Source: Vicugna vicugna (taxonomy: Eukaryota). Taken from it: a stretch of DNA of 64,000 bases. The stretch lies in contig MU058532.1 in NCBI GenBank assembly GCA_013265495.1, positions 1 to 64,000 of the forward strand, read 5' to 3'. Of this stretch, positions 1 through 55,325 are shown in pieces (position 1 is the stretch's first letter; every line of letters starts with the position of its first letter). Under the pieces are notes generated by a model, which was not told the origin of the DNA, did not search any database, and saw only the letters and a program-made list of their open reading frames with translations. A program made the translations under genes and the position numbers.

Positions 1-601
1 ATGAAGATGACTTCTGAAATTGTTATACATTAAAATATCTAAATTAGCAGATTTTATCATTACAAAACTCATTCCAAACTTAGTTTCTCCATTATAATTC
101 ATATTTTGTTAAACAAGTATGATTAAATTGTCTTCAGTTTTATTGAGGTATAATTGATTTTAAAAATTATAAGATTTTTAAAGTGTACATCATGCTGATT
201 CGACATATGTATACATTGTGAGAAGGTTCTCCCCATGGTATGATCAAATATTAAAACAGAATTAATTAGCTTTAAGTTAATGTAAGGTTCAATCACACAT
301 TAAAAGAATGTACATATTCTAGGAAAGCTTTTAAAACTCATTGTTAGAAAGGATTTTCCAAGTAAGGAATTTAAACAAAGATTACAGATTAGTCTTGTAA
401 AAAAATAATTTGCAATATTTGCAAGTTGCAATGTCTAAATTTGAGTACCAATTCCAAATCAGTCATTAATTTCCCTCATACCATTTAAGAAAATAAATGC
501 AAACAAACAAGTTAAATGTCCTGTCCATAAAGAGAATTTTCATAGTTCTTTTTTCCTTAAACACTTCAGATGATTTAATGTTACTAAATAATCTACCTTA
601 C

Positions 602-43050
<42,449 letters not shown>

Positions 43051-43147
43051 CCTGGGGACCCCGACAGGACGAGCCCAGCAGTCAGAGCCCGCAACAAGAA
43101 ACTTCTAAATCTCCTGTCTAGAGCACCAGCGGCTTTGGGAAGCTCCT

Positions 43148-43161
43148 GTCGCGCTGGCAAC
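43148..43161. promoter_or_regulatory. Candidate RFX X-box
   Basis: GTCGCGCTGGCAAC: perfect GGCAAC half-site with 14-bp spacing, ~100 bp upstream of the ATG of a ciliary gene. Confidence 0.55.
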
Positions 43162-43532
43162 CGCCGCCGTCCGCTCGCAACCGCCGCCGTCCAGGGCGCC
43201 GAGGGACACTTCCGGCGTCGCCCCGCCTCGCGGGGCGTCGAACTCCCGCGCGGACGTCGCGGGGCCAAGTGGGAACGGTTCTGGCCTGACTGTCGTGCGT
43301 CTGTGCCGGGGCGGCGGCCCTCATCCCTCTGCCTCGTCGTCCCAGCCGCCCTCCGTTCGGGCGGGCTCCGAGGACCGGCCACACCTCAGACGGTCTTGGT
43401 GGAGCTCGCCCGAGGGGTCAGTATCAACTCAGGCGTAAAGGCACCCACTCCACTGAAGTCCTGACGATGCGGTGTTGTGTAATCCGAGAAGTCCCAGCGT
43501 TGTTGAAAGGGCAAAGTCATTCACGGCGTTTG

Positions 43533-43604
43533 GCAGCCTGGCACCGCTGGCCTAATGTTGGTACAAACGTAGCAGCCTGGCAGGCCTAATGTTGGTACAA
43601 ACGT
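43533..43604. repeat. Short imperfect tandem duplication upstream of the WDR35 promoter
   Basis: GCAGCCTGGCA(CCGCT)GGCCTAATGTTGGTACAAACGT occurs twice. Confidence 0.85.
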
Positions 43605-44005
43605 GCGTTTTCAGGTTGCAAACCTTCCTTTGTGCCTTTGGGGGTTGGAGAACTCCCTGGAGCAATCTGAGGGTAGGAGATTGCGTCAATTCTGTTTGTT
43701 TTAGAAGTTTTTAACAGTTTATTTAAGCTGTTACTGCAACCCAAGGGTCCTTATAGAAGGGAATCTGTGTGAGCTTTGGGCTGTTACAGCATGTGATTGA
43801 CACTGGGCATAGCCTTCCATTTTTAAGTGATTGAGGTGTTTGGTATTTTCTTGCCTGGCATCGACTCTTCTATATTCTCTCCTTTTTCTGCCTTATTTTT
43901 TCCTTCAGTTCTCCTTGTCCTTTCTGAGTGCTTGGAGAGTTACAGACCACAGTTTTAGACATAGGGCAGAAACTCGCATGAAATTATTTAGTCTCACCTG
44001 TTTTT

Positions 44006-44149
44006 TTCCTCCTTAATTTATGTATTGTTTTAAAGGGGGGGGGTTAAGTGTACTTATTTGTTTCTTTTTAGAGGAGGTATTGGGAATTGAACCCAGAACC
44101 TTGTGTATGCTAAGCATGCGCTCTACCACTTGAGCTATATCCTCCCCTC
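44006..44149 (-). mobile_element. Vic-1-like SINE with ~17-bp TSD
   Basis: TAGTCTCAYCTGTTTTT at 43989-44005 and 44150-44166. Confidence 0.85.
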
Positions 44150-46329
44150 TAGTCTCATCTGTTTTTTATCTCTCGTTTTCACTTTTACCATATTTGTAGC
44201 TACCACTGTTGTATATAATCTAGGACGTACTTCATGCAGCAGTAGCTAATTTCCCCACCTAGAGGCTTTCCCCATCTCAGGCAAATAAGGTTCAAATCCT
44301 TTGACCTGAGTCTATTACCTCACCCGGCATACTCAAAAGTTGACAATGGTCCTAGTTTCTTTCCTATCAAATCTAAACCCCAGCTAAAAGCAGATCTTCC
44401 TTCAATCTTAGAATGTCTTTATGTTGGTGACCCTACTCTATACAAGCCAGTATTGCTTTTTTCATCCCACCACGCCTGTCTGCTTCCAAAGCCATTTTAT
44501 ATGTCCTCTGATGTTCCTACCTTCTTGGTCATTTGTGCCTAGTCAAACACACAAATCAGGTCTCCCTGGGAAATTCTTTCCAAACTTAACCCCCATCCCA
44601 TTCAGATAATATATTTATTTGTTTTCAAATGTATGAGTATCTTTTTTCAGCACCAAACTGTACATTCCTAAGATGTGTTGACACCTGCTCATGAACGCCC
44701 TATACTGGACGCAAGAGAAAAATCAGTTATTATCCAAGCCAGGGGATTCCAATCAACTGGTCAAAGTTTAAGACATGATTAGTTGAAACTACTGATGATT
44801 ACATTCTTGAAAATTCATCTCTCTTTAATTCCTTTCCCTAGTTCTTGCACATTCAGTCTCACTTATCCCTCCTATAGCACCATTTTTTGGTGATATATTA
44901 ATATAACTGTGTGCTCAAACAAGTTTGGAAAAGAATGCTTGCTCTGTGTTAGGTCCTTTCAAAGTGTTCACAAATAACAATATATGTTTCATATAATATA
45001 TACTGCCGTGATGTGTTCATTTTTCATTTCTTCTCTTTACAGTTTATATTTAGATTTTTTTACTGTTCCTGGGTTTACATTTGTAGGTTACATTTGCTTT
45101 TCAGGTGCATATATTAATGCATCCTCATCATTTTATCTAAATTTAAGTAATTTTGTTGTATTCCCTCTCCCACAAGATTCTTGATTCAAGCCTTTCTATT
45201 TAACATGAATTTACATTTGTAATCTTAAAAGCATGAAATTAAATTGTAGAAAGAGCCACAACAGCGTGTCCTGTGACAAGGAACTGTTTCATATTCGAAA
45301 CAGTTGTTAATTCAGCTTAATTTAAGGAAATGTGTTAATAGACAAAGTTGATGTCACCCCCAAAAAAAATGACAATAATATATAAAGATAATGATGTTTT
45401 TATTGTACTAAAGACAGCATAAACCAAAAAAGAATGAGTAGTATACAATTTAAAGAATTGTTTTCTTCTAAAAGTTACAAGCTTTAAAGCTGAAAAAATT
45501 ATATGTATCAAATATGTAAGTGAAAAAAGTTAGGCTTATCATTAACATTTTAAAAACATTAGGTTTTGTTATTTGTTATAGTAATATTTATAAATACATA
45601 ATTTTATTGATTGGATCCTAAAGTAAAATGATAAAGTAAACTTAGGATTTTTTTGTCCTTGGTAAAAAGTTATAATACTCTTAATTCACAACTAAAGTCT
45701 TTAGTTGTGTGTTTCTTTCTCACATCAAAATGAATTAAAAATGGCATATAACAGTTCACTTGATGTGTGTTAACTATATTTAGGTACGTGTATTACAATC
45801 CCTGATCATAGTTTCAGCAGTACTTTAGCAAAAATGATCAAAAACCAAAAGTGTTGAAGATAAAGTTCTAAATTATATTCATCTCAATTTAATGGTATGA
45901 TTTTTTTATGTGTAAATACTTTGTACAATTTACACTCTCAATAATAAGCCTGGTTTATACTATAAATATTATCAAGAAAAAAAATAGATCAAAAGTTCCC
46001 ATTGTATGTATGGTTATTTTACTAATATAAACATTTAAAAATTAAATGGCTCAATTAGTAAAGAAAGAAAGAAATATGAAACTTTACATTCTATTTACTA
46101 CCAACTATTTCACAGTCATAGCTTAGAGACACTAAAGTTTGCTCTTAATAAGGATATGGACATTTATTTCCTTAGAAAAACGAAACTGATTTTCCAGAAG
46201 GTCCTCACACTACTTATCCGGTAACATTCAAGCATTTGTAATGGCAAATTATTAGCAGGAATATTGAAGTGTGCCGAATTATTAAATACACCAAGCGCTC
46301 CATGTTTCCAGGTGAAAAAATTGAGCTAT

Positions 46330-46385
46330 TTTACGATGTATTTGTCCATATTCATTTGCTTGCAACTTCTCCAAAATGTCATCGA
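46330..46385 (-). pseudogene. MATN3: MATN3 exon 8 coding part (ancestral stop position reads AAA)
   Basis: LDDILEKLQANEYGQIHR then AAA; the next in-frame TAA is at 46282-46284. Confidence 0.88.
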
Positions 46386-48048
46386 GTGGCAAGTTGTTAA
46401 GGCTAACACCACATATTTTTAGACATTAGAAAATGCAACCACACTTTCAAACACTTCAATACAAGAAAAAACATTTAAGTTCTATTTTGAACAAAAAGAG
46501 TAAAATTGTTTTCTCATCAATAATCTAATTTACTCTAAAACTCAGATATTCTGTTCTTTAGAGAGCATGATATAAAGCAGTGGTCTTCAAACATTTTTGC
46601 TCAGATATCCCCTAAAGTAATTTTGACAAATGATATCTTATATTTAAATTATATGGATATATACATATTTAAATTATATGAAATTTTTTTAAGTTTAGTT
46701 ACAAAATACGCAATTTCTGCTATATTATAAAATAGTGACTCTTTAAAATAAAATTTAAATCTGTCTTTCAAATGTATCCCATGTAATATTAATACCATAC
46801 TGAATTAATACTACTATCATTCTTCTAAAATAAAATATTTCCTTGAAATTGTATTTCTACTTTCTCTACAGAATTTTATTCTACTTTGAATCTTGGAAAT
46901 CTGTTCTTGATCACTCTATTGTATTTCGTTGATGTAAACTTTATACAGACAACAAGCAAATACACATTTATATCGAAATTACCTTTAAATTAATTTTCTT
47001 TGACCATGGGCTCTAAATTTTTTAAATGATCTCATTTGAGTTATCATTACAACTATTTTGGGCACGCAGTTGATCTAAACAATAAACAAATTACAAATTC
47101 TGACATAAAATCATTTAAAACAAAAGGTAAGTTTTGATTAGAAATGTATCTCTTAATGGAATTCATTGGGGGACATATGTCTATAAGGGCTTCATTAATA
47201 ATCTGTTGAATTTACCCTTTATTTGGCTCTCTGGAGAGTTTACTTTTCCAAGAAATTCACCTTAGTAAAGGGCAGGCTGAGTAAGAGGTATGCCTTTTTT
47301 ATATAAAGTTAGGAGAATGGTGGTACTGAAGAGGTGAGAAAAGAGAATGCCAACTGACCCCCAGTCACATTTTAGGCAGATCAATGTAAGGAAGCGAAGG
47401 ATTTGGAAACTGATTCCTTTAACATTTTCTGTGCTGCCCCAGCCCCACCAATACCCCTTGAAGGTCTCTGCAGACTCCTGGGGTGGCCCCATCTCAGTCT
47501 GAGTACCACTCCTCTGGGATGACTAGAATGGTGTTGTCAGTTCACTTGAGCTGCGCTAAGAAAAAGTACTTTTTCCTGAGTGACTTCTTTGGCTAAACAA
47601 CTGATTTGGAAGGTTGCTGAGGTGCTACTATGTTCCATTTTGAAGTCTGCGTTTTGACCACTGGGCTGGACAGAGAGAGTGCACAGCTCTGTGTCTTCTG
47701 CACCGTCACACCCTGGTAATCAGCTGACCCGTTCTGAATATGAAAGCCATAGTAAGGAATCAGCAGAATAGCACCACCTGTTAAACAGAGCTCAGTGAGG
47801 AGCTTCTACATCTGTGAAAAAGCACTAGGAAAATAAATAATTACACAGCTTTTACACATAAGTAAAGATAGGCATAACAGTCTATTAAAACATTTGAAAA
47901 GAATTCTAAATTTAGAAAATAAAGCTATGTGCTACTATTGCTCATCTCGAAACTTAACGAACTTTTTCCTTATCCTGTGGAATGTCGGCCCAATTTTAAT
48001 ACCTCAGCTTGCTTCAAGCAGAAGCAGAAAACCTTCCAGAAAGGATAT
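46386..48048 (-). other. MATN3: U12-type AT-AC intron (last MATN3 intron)
   Basis: 5' end ATATCCTTT, branch site CCTTAAC (46396-46402) 10 nt from the terminal AC; joins C|TC to give Leu. Confidence 0.93.
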
Positions 48049-48156
48049 GTTTGGTGTTCAGCCTCTGCAGATACGAGCTGACCTTATCCTGGAGTGCCAG
48101 TGTGGCTTCACACTCACAAGCATCTTCTGTGGAGATGAGTCTTCGTGCTTCAATGG
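48049..48156 (-). pseudogene. MATN3: MATN3 exon 7 (coiled-coil start)
   Basis: 108 nt; [35 protein letters not shown], followed by the ATATCCTTT donor. Confidence 0.92.
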
Positions 48157-48487
48157 CTGACGAGAAGGACAGTACACAAGTGTTACAGCTAATCAGAAAT
48201 CATAGCAAATCAGGAAATCTGTGCTTCAGTACTTCCATGTTTAAGACTTATCTAAATGCATTTCTCTAGAAGAGAAAAGGATATAAGAGCACAAAGAAAG
48301 ACGAGAAAACACTGTGGAATTTGAGTGTCACAGAAGAAACTGAGTTAGGAGATACTGAGGAAAAGTTTACAGCTCTCAAAGCCGTGGGATGTTAGCATGA
48401 GAGTTCATTATATTGTTCTCTATACTTTTGTGGTTGTCTAAAATTTTCCATGATATAAAGTAAGTGTTTAATTAGATGATGTAATGT

Positions 48488-48660
48488 GGGGGGAGGGTAT
48501 AGCCCAAGAGGTAGTGAGCATAACTCAAGTGGTAGAGTACATGCTTAGCATGCACAAGGTCCTGGGTTCAATCCCTAGTACCTCCCTCTGATCATAACTA
48601 AACCTAATTATCTCCCCCAAATAAATAAATTTTTAATTAAAAAAAAACAAGAAGAAGAAG
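48488..48660 (+). mobile_element. Vic-1-like SINE with a partly doubled 5' head
   Basis: GGGGAGGGTATAGCCCAAGAGGTAG followed by CATAACTCAAGTGGTAGAG...GGGTTCAATCCC. Confidence 0.8.
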
Positions 48661-49441
48661 AAGATGCCCAGAATGCAGAGATAAGGCAATCTCCTTGTGA
48701 TCCTGTGTCCTCAATAAGAAATGAAAATGAGGAAAATGGTCCTCTATTTGTGTGGTTAGAATATTTTAAGGATTAAAACTAGGTAATTCCCGATTTCCTA
48801 TACAGACTTATTCCACTGAATGGTTTGAACTGAGAATTCTAGTTCTTACCCATAAATACTTTGGAACTAAGAATTCAGGTTTCTATTAACATTCAAGCAA
48901 AGAACCTGGGAGAATGATAATTCTAACCCGAATTTCTTTCTGTAATTCAGTGAGGCAGCTATTCCTACTCAGTATCGTCGCCCCTAAAGTTGCCTAACAG
49001 AAATAAGAGTAACTTCCCAGGTCTGAAAACATGTATAATCTTCCAGCTGAGTAGTAGTACTACCTGAGGACAGGGCGTAGTCCTTTTCGCCTACATTTTC
49101 TCCCATGTGCTACAAAGAAAATATGAGGCTGGGGGACCACAAATTCACTTGATTAAATATAACCTATGTAGCTGTCCAAATCCTACTGAAACTTTCAGGG
49201 ATAGCCAGCTCAAATCCCCATCTCAATTGGTTAATTAGTAAGCCCCAAAGTATTTACTGAATATCAAGTATATGCCCATCATCACTGTACAAAGTATAAA
49301 ATTGGTACCTATGACACTTTTCCAGTGTATCTTGCCTGACAAACTGTAAGCTCTGTGAGAGAAGGGGCTCAGTGTAACATCCTCACTAAAACACCCTATG
49401 GAAAATTGGGATGTTGTGCAATTGAAAGTTGAGAGATGGGT

Positions 49442-49532
49442 CCATTCACAATAGCATCGAAAAGAATAAAATGTTTAGGAATAAATTTAACAAAAGTAGT
49501 GCGATACTTGTACACTGTGAACCACAAAATAT
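49442..49532 (+). mobile_element. Isolated internal L1 ORF2 fragment
   Basis: Translates PFTIASKRIKCLGINLTKVVRYLYTVNHKIL, similar to the L1 RT YLGINLTK motif region. Confidence 0.75.
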
Positions 49533-50853
49533 TAATCTGTCTCCAGGTCCTTCCTCCGGACCTAACAGAGTTCTTGATATATGACAGTAGCTCCATGAAT
49601 ACTTGCTGCACAAATAAATAAGTGAATGGCTAAAACAAGTGAGGTCAGAGCCTAAACCACTACAAATCATGCTGGAATCCTCACTTTCCAGGAGAAGAAA
49701 AAATGCCCAAGACCAATTTTTCTGAAGATTAAACACTTAGGTCGGGCGACAGTACCCAGACGTATTCAAATTCTAGAAGCAAGCTGCTCCTTATTATTGT
49801 CACCCTTCCCAAGAACTGATCCATACTTGACTTCAAATGAAGAAATATCTGCTGAGTAACTCTCAGATATAATGGTAGATGCTAGGAATACAGAGATCTA
49901 CTGCCCTTTGGGGCTGGGGCTTACAATCTACAGGAGCATAAAAAACACCAGTCCAAAACCCTTGAGTTTTCTTCCCCAAATATGCTTCACTCTCAGTCTT
50001 CCCTCAGTAAAGATGCCCCATCCCCCCAGCTGCTCAAGTGGAATACGAAAGCCATCCTTACTCCTCCCTCATTCTATCCCCAACATCCAGTTTATCACCG
50101 AGCCCTATTCATCCTCCCTCCAAAACATATCTGGAATCAGTTTACTTCTATCGTCAATGCCACTGTCCTAGCCCAACTGCAATGGCCTCCAAACTGGATT
50201 TCCTCTGCTCTCCATCCTCTTCAATCTACTCTTCACACAGCAGCTAGAGTGACTTTTAAAAATATAAACAGCATTAGGTCATTCCTCTGCTTCAAACTCT
50301 CCATGACTTCCCATTTCTCATAGAATTTCCCTCGCCCCAGGATATCAGCATGATCTGGCCCCTGCCTAACTCTCTGAACTAGCTTACACCACATTCCTCC
50401 TGGCTGGTCATGCTTCTGTCACACTGGTGGCCTTTCACTTTCTCTCCCCTCTAAAGCCACCACACAGGGCCTAGCATTGCTCCCCCTCCTCCGGCCAGCC
50501 TCCAGTCTCAACTTACCTGCTGCCAGTTCTCAGGTTTCAAATGTCACCTCCTCAGAGAGAGCCCCCCAACCTGAAATAGTTTCCTCCAACCCCTATTCTG
50601 TTATTTTCCATCATTGCTTATTTAATCTATAAATTTGTATTAAAAAAAACAGATAAATGATGAAGTCAGATCGCAGAAGAAAGAATGCCTGGTGGAAAAG
50701 TAGAATTATTCCATTCTGAAGACAGCCGGGAACCACTGGAGGATTCTGACCAGGAGCAAGACTCAGAACTGTGCTCCAGACTTGAAGACAAGAGAGCTTA
50801 CTCCTAGAAGACTGTCCTAGCCACATGAACTAGGCTTAAAGGGACAGTCTTAC

Positions 50854-50980
50854 CTGAACATGTCTTCTTGTCTTCATTCAAGGTGTAGTCATTGTAACAG
50901 TCGCAGTGGGAAGAGGCGGCCCTGTCATTCACACACAAATGTGCTGGCAACATGAGAGCCCAGAACACACTTGTTACGAA
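50854..50980 (-). pseudogene. MATN3: MATN3 exon 6 (EGF4), two indels
   Basis: 127 nt; [40 protein letters not shown] with -1 and +2 changes. Confidence 0.9.
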
Positions 50981-52114
50981 CTGACCAGGAGTGGGGCAAG
51001 AAATAAAATATTCACAGATTACAATAGGAAACCAAACCCAGACTTCTGGGAGAAAAGAACCTTTGGTTTGGTCCCAACAAGTACAGCAAATGACTCCTTC
51101 AGTCATCAACGAAGTGTTTTCAGAAGACCTGTTTCCCTTTTCCCTAACATCTCTTTAGCCTCGCCTTTTATTGCATATACCACTTTCCTTTTTATTTCTT
51201 GTAGAAATCTTGGATATCTTCTTTTCTTCCTACCTACAGCACTGGGGCAGCACTGAGTCTTGATTCTATTCCAGAACTTACCTTTGGCGTTTCCTGATGA
51301 CCATAAATGCCTCCAACATCTCCACCTATACAAAGGATTATCTTCACCATCACCAAAAATAACTTATTAGGGACCTACCTGGCCTGCACCTGGAGCTAAA
51401 TTGATGCTGCCCAAAAAAGACTGTATTGACTGAGGGCCTGCCCTTGATACATACACAATGGAACAGAAAACAATGGCTTGCATGTATGTGCACACACGCG
51501 CACAGAGATAGAGACAAAAATAACCGCAATGACAGTGATGACGATGGTGTATGACTAGATAAGGAAGCATTTATTACCTGTCACAAGTAAGTACGTTACA
51601 AGGAGCAAGGGCTTCCTGGGAGACATAGGTTCTTCCTCGGCCACTAAAGGAGCCAAACTACTTTATCTGTTCCCCTCTAACTCTTCTCTTAAGTGTCATT
51701 CCATGCTCAAAACCCTTCCGTGGCTCACTATTGCCTACAAAACACTTTTCATGAAACATATGGCTCTATGTAATCCACCTTCACAGTGATATTCCCCTTC
51801 ACTACTACAATTCAGATGTTTGCAGCAAAATAGCAGAGCATTTCATTTTCCCCTCATCCTAGCTTAGCAGCCGCTCCAGAAATAACAAGCATACAAGTCT
51901 GCAGCCTCCGGCCCCTGATCTGCGGCTCCACATTTAATTTACAAACCTTCCCACTACCCAGCAAGGGGTAGGCAGGTCATTGCAGGGGGTCTGGCCCATG
52001 TCATGCAGCCAGTTTTAGAATGGCATTCATTATTAAAGTGTGAAAAATACTAACTGCCCCATCTTGTCTTTTTCTTCTATCTCCTTTTGCTCTCCTGTGC
52101 TTTCTACCCTGAGA

Positions 52115-52320
52115 TGGTATGGCTTAGTGTTTGAGAGAATGTGTCACCACCAGAGCAAGTACCTGGATTCAAATCCTGGCTCTGCTACTCAGCAATCAGG
52201 TGACTACAGGCAAGTCACTTAATCTGTTTGTACCTCAGTTTCCTCATAAAGTTTCTGTGAGCAGTAAATGTGTGACAGCATCTAAAATGCCTAGAACTGT
52301 ACATGGTACACAGTCGGTGC
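52115..52320. mobile_element. MIR SINE
   Basis: CCTGGATTCAAATCCTGGCTCTGCTACT...GGCAAGTCACTTAATCTGTTTGTACCTCAGTTTCCTCAT core; similar MIRs lie at ~17295-17470, ~30985-31240 and ~61720-61905. Confidence 0.65.
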
Positions 52321-53670
52321 TAACAGCTCCTGTTACCTGGAAGTGTTGCCTGGAGTTGTCTGCATTAACTGAAAATCGTCTTTGATTTCTTTTTTTAATA
52401 AAATGTTCCATTTTTATTCTATAATATCTGTTAGTTTACATCTAAATTTGTTTTTGTTTCCTTTTTCCAGGCCTTCTGTTTAAAGGCCTCAGTTTAAAGT
52501 ACCAAGTGGGAATATTTGTGATGGTTTGAAATGTGTGACCATGAATCCTCTCCATCCAGGCAATTTAGTCCCTCCACCCTTGAACAAACCAACACAAGCC
52601 ACGCCCCTTTCCCTTGCCGCTCTCCATCTAAACCTCCCCTACCTTCCAAGGCCCACCTCCAGCCCCAACCCCTCTGTGTCTGGTCCAGACATCCTGCCTC
52701 TGCCGCCCTTAGTACCACCAGTCCCTGACTACTTAGTCCCTGCTTCCTTAAGGTGCTGGTTCTCTTTGCACCCAGAGGCAGAAGCTTCCACTTTATAGCC
52801 CCACAGTGCTTAGCACAGTCCTGGGAATCAATAGATGCTCAGTACTCTTGTACTGATCTCATTTTTTTAAAAAAGGGGACTTGGTGATATTCCACTTCTT
52901 TTAATCTCTCTTGAAAAGATCAAGAGAAATGTAATGTATCTCCTCAAGGGAGAAGAAAATACACATAAAACCTAAAAAAAATATTGAGTATGCTAAAACG
53001 AAACACCACTCAGAGAGCTAGGAGCTTCTCTAAGGAGTGTTTGTACATTATAAATGCCACCCTGTTCTGCTAGTGAGTTTAAATCATACTAATGAGGATT
53101 AGCAGTGCTGGCATGGGCTCCCTCACCAAGTCGTAAGGCTCAGATTGACCTAAGATTGATCATCTAGAAACTGTCAGGAAAGGACTTGCTTCAAACTTAC
53201 TGGAAGATTTGTGTGGGTCTAATTCAGTTGTTTACAAAGTCTCCTTTACTGAAACGATCCAGCTTTAAGATTAACTCTACAGAAAAGTTACAGGCCAAGT
53301 TTTAATTGGAAAAAGATCACTTCAGTCTATCACACCAAATAGTTACTGTCCAACTGACTTCCTTTGAAGTTTCCTATTTGCTTTACAGAGCTATAAAATT
53401 TTCCTGAATAAGGACCCTGCATTCAATTAGCTTTTCTCATATCCCCCACTGCCTACCCATTTCCAAGTAATTGTCTGAAGTAAGCTATGTTTGCAAAACC
53501 TAATGAGCCCGTTGCCCTCTGAGCACTATGTCTTGGTCTGTAAACATGGTAGAATGTCTGAGGCCCGATTCTTTACATTACCTTTAAGAATCTTCTCTTG
53601 GTAAATTGCAAGTTGGTTTCACCACAGTAGAAAGAGCCACATGTGAAAGAGTTTACTGAATGGACTTTAC

Positions 53671-53797
53671 CTGAACATGTTTTTTTTATCTTCATTCAGA
53701 GTGTAGCCCTCATAACATTCACAGTGGTAGGATCCAGCTCTGTCATTCACACAAACGTGCTGACAGCCATGTGTACCAAGCACACACTGATCTTGAG
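53671..53797 (-). pseudogene. MATN3: MATN3 exon 5 (EGF3), +1 frameshift
   Basis: 127 nt; [36 protein letters not shown], then an A8 run where A7 is needed for KKTCS. Confidence 0.9.
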
Positions 53798-54309
53798 CTG
53801 CCAAACAAAAGTCCAGAAGGAAAGAAATTAAACGTGGAAAAGTCTTTTATTACCCATATAGAGAAATCTTCTTATTTGTAGGTAGAAATGCAGAAGCAGA
53901 AAACTGATTAGAAACCATTCAAAGCCATCAGTCATATTTGTTCTTACCAATAAATTAGCTGAGTAAAACAAAATCCTACACACATAATACTTATACTTCT
54001 ATCGTCCTCAACTCATGTTCACAATCATTTTTACTGCGTTTTCATTATCTGAGTATCTCATAAATACTTTGTAAAGCATTCCTTGTAGGTTTGTTGTATT
54101 TATGCTGAATCTGAGGGATTCCAACAGTTGTGGGGCTAATTATACTAGATTCAGAAAGACATTGAACTAGAGTTTGAAGAAAACATAGCTCAACCCTCTC
54201 TTGTAAGAAATAAGGAAACTGAGTCCAAAGGAGACCAACTGACTCAGAGCAGCATCAGAATTCAAGACCCAAATTGCCACTCAGTGATCTTTTCTCTGTA
54301 CTGACATAT

Positions 54310-54930
54310 TTTTAAACTATTTTTTAATCTTTGAACTGCTCATTTTGAAATCACTTCAGGCTCACGAAAAAGTTGCAAAAATAGTACAAAAAATCCTGCA
54401 CTTCACCTCATTTCCCCAAATGTTAACATCCTATACAAGCACAGTGTTATTATCAAACCAGAAAATCAGGACTGATACAATGCTATTAACTAATCTATAG
54501 ACCTTATTCAAGTTTTGCCAATGGTTCCACCACTAACGTCCTTTTTCTGGTCCATGATCTAATCGAGGATCACAAAGTGCATTAAGTTGTCACATCTCCT
54601 TAATTTCCTCCAATCTGGGACATTTCCTCAGCCTTTCTTTGCCTTTCATACAGTGACACTTTTGAAAATTACTGAAAAATTATTTTGTAGAATGTCTCTC
54701 AGTTTGGGTTTGTCTGAGGCTTCCTCAAGATTCTGAGTTTTCAGCAAGAATACCACAGATGTATTGTTGGGCCCTCAGAACATCATGTCAGGGGATCCAC
54801 AACATCACTATGTGTCATTGCTGGTGACATTAATTTTGCTCACTTGGCTGAAGTGGTGTCTACCAGGTTTCTCTACTATAAACGTACTGTTTTTCCCTTT
54901 ATAAGTAATAAGTATCTTGTGGAGTGTTAT
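54310..54930 (-). mobile_element. Old L1M 3' region fragment
   Basis: Shares phrases with 25230-26380 (AGTTGCAAAAATAGTACA, TGTAGAATGTCTCTCAGTTTGGGTTTGTCTG). Confidence 0.6.
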
Positions 54931-55199
54931 GTAATTTTAATTTACTAAAGTGTCTTTAGCATCTGGAAAGGACTGTTAGGGCTGGGTACAGAGAAGGAAA
55001 TGAACAACACACTCACACATGTGGGTCATAATACACACATGCTCCTGTTTCTAACGTTTCTAATAAGAGGTGGGAAAAGCCCAAGATGGCGAGAGAGGAA
55101 AAGAGACCAAGCTCCCCATCGATGGACCCCCCCTCCCTAACACTGGCTAGGGAGGCAGGCAGACAGGGAAGCAATAGTAGAGCCCCCTCCCCCACTTAC

Positions 55200-55325
55200 C
55201 GGAACACGTTTTCCTGTCTTCATTTAATGTATAACCCTCGTAGCACTCACAGTGGTAGGAGCCCGCTCTGTCGTTCACACAGATGTGTTCACACCCATGA
55301 GTGTTAAGAGCACACTTATCAATAG
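55200..55325 (-). pseudogene. MATN3: MATN3 exon 4 (EGF2), open
   Basis: 126 nt; [41 protein letters not shown]. Confidence 0.93.

Noticed and set aside
45399..45404. MATN3 poly(A) signal
   Set aside because: Several minus-strand AATAAA candidates exist in this AT-rich region, and none can be singled out without transcript data.
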